A stretch of DNA of 64,000 nt from Eledone cirrhosa. Taxonomy: Eukaryota. The position numbers were made by a program, and so were the translations under genes. The stretch covers positions 377,704,001-377,768,000 of the forward strand of contig OZ024740.1 of NCBI GenBank assembly GCA_964016885.1, read 5' to 3'. Positions 54,360 through 64,000 of the stretch are shown here, one piece after another (position 1 is the stretch's first letter; each line of letters starts with the position of its first letter). Below the pieces are notes generated by a model. It saw nothing but the letters and a program-made list of their open reading frames with translations, was not told the origin of the DNA and made no database searches.

Positions 54360-57300
54360 TAAATTCTATCACATGTGTTGAAGGAAATTACATAAGAGCT
54401 TTGTTTTCTGGTTTGGAGCATAGACAAAAAAGTCTTGTAAACTACCCACTCTGGAGAAACCAACATAAAGTTGACCATGAGAAAAGCAAAGCTCAATTAA
54501 GTGTAAGCCAGTATATTTCAAAGTCTGACCTTGAGCTTTATTAATAGTTATTGCGAAGCAAAGTCGCACTGGGAATTGTATTCGTTTGAACTCAAATGAC
54601 ATGTCTGTTGGTTTGATTGGAATTCTTGGAATGAAAACATCTCCACATCCAGTGATGGTAGTAGTTTATATCACATTAGGTGGTAATATCTTCACAATTA
54701 ACCTTGTCCCATTGCATAATTCAGGCGGATCTAAATTTCTTAGAAGTATTAGAGGTATCAGAAAAAGTTTATGTGGAGGATTTCCAGGTGGCTCAAGAGA
54801 ATTAAGGAACTCTATTGGGGAGTGGACAGCTTGATTTTCATTAATGACTGAATCAACTGATTTGTACTCCTTAATGACTGTTGGAATTTAATTCATTAAA
54901 TCATGGTTAATCCTTGCTATTGTCTCATGTTTTGGAGCAATAATTGCATTTTCACACAACCATTTATGTGACTTATAATTATTACTTAAGTCTGGAAATA
55001 CCCTATCCTTCAATTCAGCTGGGGAATTCCCATCAATTGGTACTTTCCCATTTCCTGATTGGAGGGGCCGGATTGAAACTTGTTCTGCCCATTGATCCCC
55101 ATGTAATAAAGCTCGCATGTTAGTATTGAAGGAGAATTTCTGTTCTTTATTCCATAGGTGTGAAGGCTTAATGCATGCTTTTATTTCACCAGTTCTTGTT
55201 CCTCTCGGAATGACTGGTAATGTCTGTCTAAAGTCTCCTGATAAAACTAATGTAACTCCTCCCATAGATTTATTGTTGTCTCTTATGTCCTGTAAGGTCT
55301 TATCAAGAGGTTCCATTGCACCTCTATGTGACATGATGCATTCATCCCAAATGATCAGGTGGCATTGGCGCAACACTTCTGCTGAACCTGAACCTTTGCT
55401 TATGTTACAAATTGTACTGTCATTTGTGACCAGGTTCAGTGGTAATTTAAAAGCAGAATGAGTTGTTCGTCCTCCTGGAAGAAGGGTGGCAGCAATGCCA
55501 GACGATGCTACAGCAACTGCAATTCTTTTTTGTTGCCTTACCTTGGAGAGAAGCAATGTTGTTACAAATGTTTTACCTGTGCCACCAGGAGCACCAAGAA
55601 AGAAAATTCCTCCACTTTTTTCTCTGACTAACGAAATAATTTTATCATATGTTCTGGAAAAAGTTTAGGTCCATGTTCAATCACAAATGCAGCCAACTCT
55701 TTAAATTAAATCACTAATTTGATGGTTTGTTTTTGGCAGTCCAAAGCCAGGCTCTTGCCAAATTTTGCCTCCCATGGCCAAAACTTGATCTTCGATTTCA
55801 ATCAGTGCTTGGTTAAAATTTTTTTCAGAGAACTGAATATTGATATCTGCGTTTGCCTGTTGAACTGCATACTTTAAGTCCTCAGCCATGGCCTCACGAT
55901 GTTTCATCCAAAGCTGTAGGGGACTGCCAAGTTGACACATGTTCAGCATAATTGCAAAATGGTTACGGAGTTTCCTTGGAGAATCTGACATTGATGCTCC
56001 AGTCTATGCAAGGTCCCAATGCTCATCATTTTCTAAAAAAAAACCTTGTTGATAGCATGCTTACCTATAAGTTTCACACACATGACCATTTACCCTCCTC
56101 AGATCCTGGAATGATTTGGGACCACGTACTTCATGCAAAAGGAGCCATAAGTAGTAGCATTCTGCTTGACTTAGATGGACACTGTAAACTCTTGCAAGAG
56201 CGTCAGCCCCACGTTTCCTCTTGTGCCATTTATTGTTTCTCCGGGTGTAATACTTGGGTCATTCTAGGTAAAGGAGTTTTCTTGCATATTCATCTTCTTG
56301 ACACAACTTTAAAAAGGCAGTAAGGGTAGTTTCTTCTGGAGAAAGTGCTTGTTGCAAGGCTGTTTTTTTTTTGTTTTTTTTTTATTTTGTGAAGATAGCC
56401 CTTTGGCCATTCTCTAGATGGACACTCAGATGAATGATGGCTAGGTGCCTCTCATGATGGGAAAATGCACCAAAAAGATGCACCAAAAAGATGCACCAAA
56501 AAGCCTCATTGCTACTGATTCATCTTCCTCTCTCATACTGTGCAACTTCGTAATTTTTATTTATCTGCAAACATACTTAATACACTTAACAGAGTTGCAG
56601 GAATCAACATTGATATGGGCTTTGAACATTTTTGTAACAAGAGGACAGTAGGTACAACCCACCGATTGTCAATGATGAATTCTTGCCCATTTCTCTATTT
56701 CTTTTTCGAAGTGAATCCACCATACCCAGGTTTTCTTCTCCTGTAAAGGGAGGGCGTAGCCATCTTCTCCAGTTTGGGTTTCTTGTACAGAGGAACGTGG
56801 GTAGGTCTTAGTACACATATTATCCCTCAGCATGGGGAGGATTAATTGAACCACATGGTCCATGAATCACCTAGAACTTGACAATTTCATGCAGCAAAGG
56901 ATCTTGCTGGAGATCAGGCAGTTCAGCTGAGATAAATAAATCAATATCATTTGGCCGAAGTTTTTCATGTAACCAAATCAAAATGTGGGCATGTGGCAAT
57001 CCTCGTTTTTGCTATTCAATTGTGTACACGTCACATTAAACTGATGACTGATCAAAAGACTTCACATTTTTTTAGGAGATCCATCAGCTTTATGACTTTA
57101 AGTCTGAACACCCTAGCTATAATATCGTGGCGATCTTTGGGTTCTTGATGATGATGAATTTCACTCTTTATTTCATGCCATGTTGGGTTACATGTGAATG
57201 TAATGAAGAGGTCTGGACGACTATAGTATCTGACATATGTAAGTGCATATACAATAACACAAAGCTATCCAATGTTATTAGCAGCCAATGCTCCTTCATT

Positions 57301-57412
57301 ACTGATTGCATCTCCCAGGTGAATTTAATCTGACGCACGGAAATCTTTCTGAGGTGTACTAATGTAAAGAAACCTTTCTCCGTGTGTGTGTGTACCAGCG
57401 TTCGTTGCAAAT

Positions 57413-57456
<44 letters not shown>

Positions 57457-57577
57457 GTCTCTCCCTCTGTGTCACTTTCTCTCTTTGGATGTGTGTGTAA
57501 TGTTCATGTGATTAAACCAACCAACAAACTAACCAGCCAACCAACCAAGAAACATCTCTCTTATCATATTATATAGA
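54360..57577 (-). mobile_element. Decayed Helitron (Rep plus PIF1 helicase)
   Basis: GAPGGTGKTF, AVASSGIAATLLPGGRTTHSAFKLP, IIWDE, GDFRQTLPV, QFPVRLCFAITINKAQGQT and FSHGQLYV. Rep remnants 56000-57330. 5' TCTATATAAT near 57577. Confidence 0.9.
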
Positions 57578-58664
57578 TAATATAGATTTGGTATTCACAA
57601 ATATAAAATCAATGAGCTAACACAAAGTAATAATTTCAAATGCATTAAATTTGAATAAAATGCAAGATTTAAATCACAGCTATAAGAAAAAAGGAAAAAA
57701 TGCATAACTGATAAACAGAAGGCAAGTAAAGCTGACATTGCGTTTTAAAGGGATATTTTTAGGTTCTTGTGATAATACATCTAAAATTGTTGAAGTAGCA
57801 CATTGGGGAAGAAACAAATTTCAAATTTAACTAAAATTCTGAAAATATAAAATTGATGTTTTAATGATTTTTATATGAACAATAAGGACAACTAAGCAAA
57901 TTAAAAAATAAAATAAAAAATTTAAATATCTTATTCACAGTAAAGATTATAAATAGGTTCTGTTGAAGCAGAAATAGGTTGTGTTCGTGAATTTCATCTG
58001 TAGTGATAAAAGTGCAAAACACATATCCTGCTTTATGACAATCAACTTGCTATAGAAACCGTCACCGTTTGTGAAATGATGGATGAGACGTCATCAGTTA
58101 GCTTTAAATACTAAACTCGTCTATCCTAAGCAACACTTTACGAAGAAATCCATGTAGAGATTTGAAATAAATAATAAGAAAGTATGCAAAATTGTTTAAT
58201 ATTTTGAAAATGGAAGTAATATGACTCACTCTTACCCCGCGTTCTTTTCTTTTTCTTTTATATTAACCTGCGGATATTGAGGTTAAGCATAAGCCGCATT
58301 AATTTATCCAGTTTTGAAGAGCCTGTCAGAAACAGAACCCCATCACCTATCACAAACTCAGCATATGATAGCTTGCTTCCTATATAAATCAATTTGTTTC
58401 ACATTACAAGAAATAGCGAAAGTAGAAACATTATCCTTTATCACGCGAACACCAATAATTAAAACGTGGCATTCGTTCAAGATAAATTTCCATGTGTCAT
58501 TTCTGTAAAGATATTTCTCGTTGATTAGTTGTGTTAAACTTTTGAGAAGATTAATAATAATGAAATATAAACTATATAATTATATATATACACAAGAAAA
58601 TTGATTTAGAAGCGTTCGCCATATTTATACATTAATATAAATTAAAGGGTAAATAGTCACGAAT

Positions 58665-58832
58665 AACCATGGGATTTACACCTAGAAAGTTCCCCCTTCC
58701 AATGCACAAATCCTGGCAAGTTTGTTTGTGGAAGACCAGCAGTCACCCATGCATACCAGTCTCCCCTCTCCACGCCACCGATGTTGTCCAAGGGAAAGGC
58801 AAAGCCACCAGTGACGTAGCAATTCTATTTCT
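58665..58832 (-). mobile_element. Interspersed repeat fragment, probably a SINE body
   Basis: GC-richer island ending at (TA)n that resembles a cephalopod SINE from memory. Single copy in this window. Confidence 0.35.
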
Positions 58833-58889
58833 ATATATATATATATGAAAATTGAATTAGATGTCGCCATATTGTTTGGCTACATAAAG

Positions 58890-59430
58890 TAGTCTAATAA
58901 CAGAGCATATAAGCCCCGAACGGGACATCAGTATACGTGGGTTCAAACAGACCGGACATGTGTGTCACCATTTACACAAGCATACCCCGCACCCCCACCC
59001 CACCACCACCACTATACATTTTTCCGTTATACTGAGAAGTTATAAGTGAATGGTGATTTGTAAACAAAGTGTTTTCAAAGACGACGAGAGAAATTTAAAA
59101 ATTAAATTAGAACCTTTTAACTACAAAACAAAATCTAAACGGGGCATATCAGCCCACTGAACGGGAAATTAGAGCATCAGCAGATGCGGGGTCGAACCCC
59201 CACCTCCCATTTGCAGGACAGGTGTGCTGTCAGCTAATAGTGATTTCTAACAAACATGCTTTGTTTACAAATCGCTATTAACTTATAGCTTCTAAATATA
59301 ACGGAAAAAAGTAAGTGGTCCTGCTAGTGTAAATGGTAGCACACTTGTCCGGCGAACAAGATGTATGGGTTTGACCCCCACGTAAGTCCTTTTTCCGTTC
59401 GGGGAGCTTATATGCCCCATTATTAGACTA
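58890..59430. mobile_element. Foldback/MITE-like element with about 185-bp imperfect TIRs built from tRNA-like units
   Basis: Ends TAGTCTAATAA / TTATTAGACTA. 58890-59075 is the reverse complement of about 59250-59430. Confidence 0.7.
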
Positions 59431-59542
59431 TTTCCTGTCGTCAATAAATATAGCGAAAGCGTTTAATTCAATTTTCAAATTAAACTCGTCTTCTTTTACC
59501 ACACATGTCATATATATATATGCATATATATATATATATATG

Positions 59543-59607
<65 letters not shown>

Positions 59608-59609
<2 letters not shown>

Positions 59610-59819
59610 AAGAGATGTCAACATGAATGGCCCTGTTATTTTTATCTAAAGACAGTTTTTCCAATTCCACCCCGCCCGTCCCTTCAGTCTATCTTATTTC
59701 TCATTCTTTCTTCTGATGAAAACCTAGCGTGCGAAACGTTAAGTCAATCTTCCTGCTATTTCAAGCGTTAACCTAATACATTCCTTCCATATACTGTACC
59801 GACTGTTGTTATTTCTGTT

Positions 59820-59825
<6 letters not shown>
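59608..59825 (+). mobile_element. Solo pLTR, paralog of 7437-7630, with a hammerhead at 59709-59744
   Basis: UCUU-CUGAUGA...GAAAC-GUU^-AAG, flanked by (TA)n on both sides. Confidence 0.7.
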
Positions 59826-59874
<49 letters not shown>

Positions 59875-59881
<7 letters not shown>

Positions 59882-60568
59882 ATGCTTTTGGAGGGTCATG
59901 TTGCCAATAAGAAACACACGCACCAGTTGCTTTCACTTCAATTTATTATAAATTAAATTTATAAATTTAGGAATCTATAAATTTCCGGTTGGTTGGTTGG
60001 TTCCATAACCAGACGATTGTTCATATATTGTCAAAGTTCTTTCGTCACACATTCTGTGACCTCTTCAGTGACTGGGGATTCTTTTCTTTGTTTTTGTGCC
60101 TCTCCTTTGTTCTGTCCTACGCCATCTTGTTTTTGTGTGTGTTGTGTGCTTAGTTTGCGCATGTGTTACATCCGGGTGTCTGTGTGTGTTTATATTTGTT
60201 TATTTACATGTTACTGGCTGGTTGTTTGTTCTATGTGTGTGTGTGTTTTCATTTTGTCCTTAATTGTAAGTTGTGATGCTGCTGTTCCATTCATGTTTTC
60301 TATAGTGTACATAGGTGAGACAGCTCGTAGTATAAGGGAACGGATAAATGAACACTGGCGAGAGCTTCAAGATAGTAAAGAATCATCTGTACTCCACCAA
60401 CATACTAAAATAGAACATAAGAGTAAATTAGAGAACATAGAAATAAAAATAGAATCTACACACAGAAAAGACGCAATGTTTATACAAATCACAGAGGCAA
60501 TAAACATAAATGAACTCCAACCAAAATTAAATAGAAAACATGAATGGAACAGCAACCATACATAATTA
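59875..60568. mobile_element. PLE relic: minus-strand pLTR (59875-60290) joined to a plus-strand GIY-YIG fragment (60300-60565)
   Basis: VYIGETARSIRERINEH...QITEAININELQPKLNRKHEWN, related to 19449-20000. Confidence 0.8.
60030..60072 (-). ncRNA. Minimal hammerhead ribozyme
   Basis: GUCA-CUGAAGA-G-GUCACA-GAAUG-UGUGAC-GAAAG-AA-CUU^-UGAC. Stems I and II are perfect. Confidence 0.8.
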
Positions 60569-60993
60569 GGTAGTCGGGATTTAGTGATTTAGTCCTGGTA
60601 TGTATATAAGCATTTCTAACATTAATTTTTTCCTAATTATGTTTGGTTGACCGTGTATTTAATTAATTTCCACGTTCTTTGAAATGCTGGGTAAATATTC
60701 TATAGTGGTTGCACGCGAAGACGCCACGATAGCGTATTTATTTACTGTTTCTTCATAGATGCCTTTTATTCTTATAGCCTGGTCTAATTGATTTTTTGTG
60801 TGGTTAATTATGCTGATTGGGAGTAGAGATGATGTATATATATTATCAAATAATTCTCTGGACATGCTTTACTCTATAGTATTTCGCTCTGATTAATTTA
60901 TTAATTTTCCATTGAGCCACATCGTGAAAAGTTGCAATAACACATATATACCTGTGACTTTGCTAAATTGGTGTATGTGTAAATATTTATATT

Positions 60994-61156
<163 letters not shown>

Positions 61157-61178
61157 GTGTGCGTGTGTATATATATAT

Positions 61179-61369
61179 ATAACGAAGGAAGTGTGGTAAG
61201 GAACCAGGTGGACCATAACGCACCAGAGTACTCAATACTTAGGGTAGTAGAGTGGGTAATCGGAAAATGTTCAAGACCCCGACGGCAGAACTCAAGCCTT
61301 TTCGACGGCGTCCAGAAATAGCCGTCGAAACGGCTTGAGCTCTGCCGTTAGGGTCTTGAACATTTTCCG

Positions 61370-61371
<2 letters not shown>
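61179..61371. mobile_element. Miniature inverted insertion of the 7702 PLE sister subfamily
   Basis: Minus arm 61179-61309 and plus arm 61310-61371, with (TA)n on both sides. Confidence 0.88.
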
Positions 61372-61413
<42 letters not shown>

Positions 61414-61486
61414 CTGTGTCAGGGAGGTTCCACAGTTAAAAAAGATACTCAATACGTTGGTAGTGTATAGACATTTTTATTATATA

Positions 61487-62510
61487 CTAGCAGTAAAGCC
61501 CGGCGTTGCTCGGGGTCGCTCAGTAGCTGTGTTAAAGTTACAATGTTAAGTTTCTTTCTTGGCTTAAAAACTGTAGTGTCTACTGTGCAGACTTGCATGT
61601 GGTGTTTTTGATTAATATTCCCTCAACCAACAATATGCCTTATGAAGTTAAGAAAACATAACGATAACCCGAATGTTATAACAAAAGAGGATGCTGGGGA
61701 TAGAAACTGCACTGGTTATTTATTAACAAAGATCGAAAATGTAAACACTGCAACGCAGAGAAAAACATTAGCGTAACCAAATTATCAGTTATGTCTGTCT
61801 GCACGCCTATATCACCTCTCTGCACGACTGTCTGTCTGCACGCCTATATCACCTCTCTGCACGACTGTCTGTCTGCACGCCTATATCATCTGTCTGCACG
61901 ACTGTCTGTCTGCACGCCTAACGACGAAATATTTGCTTGTTTTACGTAGTCTTTAAATAGACTTGTTTTCAAGTAAAAATATTGTTTTAAAATGCTTTTA
62001 AATGGAAATGAAGCAAAACGGGGTCGCTCAGTAGCTGTGTTAAAGTTACAATGTTAAGTTTCTTTTTTGGCTTAAAAACTGTAGTGTCTACTGTGCAGAC
62101 TTGCATGTGGTGTTTTTGATTAATATTCCCTCAACCAACAATATGCCTTATGAAGTTAAGAAAACATAACGATAACCCGAATGTTATAACAAAAGAGGAT
62201 GCTGGGGATAAAAACTGCACTGGTTATTTATTAACAAAGACTGAGAAAGCCAGCGTAATTGTTTACGTAAGACGCTCAATGTAAACAGAACAAAGGGAAA
62301 TAACTGATAACTTACGCTCAAAAATCGATACATTATATTCGATTTCGTCACATAGGGTGGGTCAATTTGAAATTGTTTTTTTCCGATGTCTTCGCTAGGG
62401 CTCAATGTACAAGTATAGCAATTTCGGTGCAATACCGTGAGAGATTCTAAGAGGAGATGTGTGCCAAAAATCGATAGACAGACAGACAACCACAGTTTTA
62501 TATATATAGA
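61487..62510 (-). mobile_element. Non-autonomous Helitron-like element
   Basis: Minus strand starts TCTATATATATAAA and ends with hairpin CCCGAGCAACGCCGGG plus CTAG. About 220-bp internal duplication (61511-61732 vs 62019-62240) and a 37-bp tandem repeat at 61793-61920. Confidence 0.7.
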
Positions 62511-62664
62511 TAACAGTTCTAGTCCTGTAGAAGTCATTTTTATATATATATATACATATAAATACAGCGTGGGGTAGTCAACAATGACCTGGTCACTGTC
62601 ACATGTATGACGAAACCTATAGTAGACAATACAATAAAAAATAAATGGCAAGTTCATGTGTGTG

Positions 62665-62735
<71 letters not shown>

Positions 62736-64000
62736 CATTTAACAGGACCCTATTAAATTGGAAATTGGACAAACCGGACGAAATCTAAATTTAAGAAAGT
62801 GACTACTAATATTGATTTCTGCTTCGATATGTGTATCTGGGTAGGATAGGAGAGAGCTACACATTTGCAAAGAAAATGGGAGATTCATCAGAAATCTTTA
62901 GTTCAGTGAATATCAGCATGGATCATATTAGAAAACCGATTTTACTGTCGTCCTTTATGAAATATTGAAACCGTTTTTCAAGACACCGCTACACATAAGG
63001 CAGCTGGTTTGTTATTATATATAGTGGGCGGGTAGTAAAATAGTAGGAAAATTACAAAACTAACGACCAAAGGCAAGTGGCATTTAACTAGTACATATAT
63101 TTATTATATACTTTTGCACAACTCTCTACGAAATATACCCGTTTTTCTTGCATTACACACTCCGCACTAACTTGCTTTTAGATTGATATAGCATTGCAAT
63201 TGATTCATCACTCATCTCCCTACTTTGTTCTGTTACTTATTCTGTTACTTTGTTCTGTTACTTATTCTGTTGGCTTCAAGAGAGATTGATAAAAAAAAAT
63301 CTAAAAAAGCGGAAAATAGTTTTGGATGTATACCACAATGCAACACATTGGTTTATTATTTGTACTCGCGTGTAAATAGATTAAGTCTCGGCTTTCAGAT
63401 TTTCTTGAAGTGTGAAACAATTTAATATATATAAGGAAGAAGGAGAGATTGATGCTGCTGATACCTAACTTCAATATCTGCAGGTCAATGCAAAAAACCT
63501 GGGCGAAGAAGAAATCGACATCTAAGGACAAAGTGGCGGCTTGTTAGTATGTAGATAAAATGTTCCTATTGATTAAATACGCAAACAATTTTAAAAGCTT
63601 TAATTAAAAACAAAATTATATTATTTGTGTGGGCTAGAAGCATTGACCGTATGAATCAATAGGGTTCAGAAAATATAGTGAAACAAATCGTAATGTGATG
63701 ATGAAACATTGACATAGATGAAGTAGTGGGGAGACATTCAGAACGAAAGCAATTTATTTACTGGCTTTCTTGTCTCAGCCGTTTGTTTAAGAGAGAAAGT
63801 TGTGATAAGATGGGTTAAGGTGTTAGCCTATTGATCAAATGGCACCGGTTTGTATCCTACTACGGGCCCTAGTGATGTACTGTGCTCCTGGCTCAATCTG
63901 ATTCGAAGTGACAAAGAGGGTAGCGAAAAGCAACCGATGGTTCGGCACTTACTGTGGCTTAACTCGCAGTAGTTACTCCGGGTGATCCTTAAGACATGTC

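Overview
Gene-poor, repeat-dense animal DNA, probably cephalopod (inferred from SINE types and microsatellite density). No host protein-coding gene is supportable. The window holds one intact tRNA-Asp(GTC), several Penelope-like element (PLE) families, two near-full-length R4/Dong-type LINEs, RTE and CRE relics, a decayed Helitron plus non-autonomous Helitrons, a Tc1/mariner relic, about 11 SINE copies and a 12x45-bp minisatellite. The centrepiece is a young 10.7-kb PLE insertion (7702-18375) between (TA)n tracts: about 2.4 head-to-tail 3537-bp units on the minus strand, then an inverted, internally deleted unit. Each unit carries a type I hammerhead ribozyme with a non-canonical core (UUGAGAA, i.e. 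U3:A8 in place of C3:G8) and a long stem II, so a standard CUGANGA search would miss it. At least five other PLE-type hammerhead families occur in the window. Folds were derived by eye and boundaries of decayed elements are approximate.
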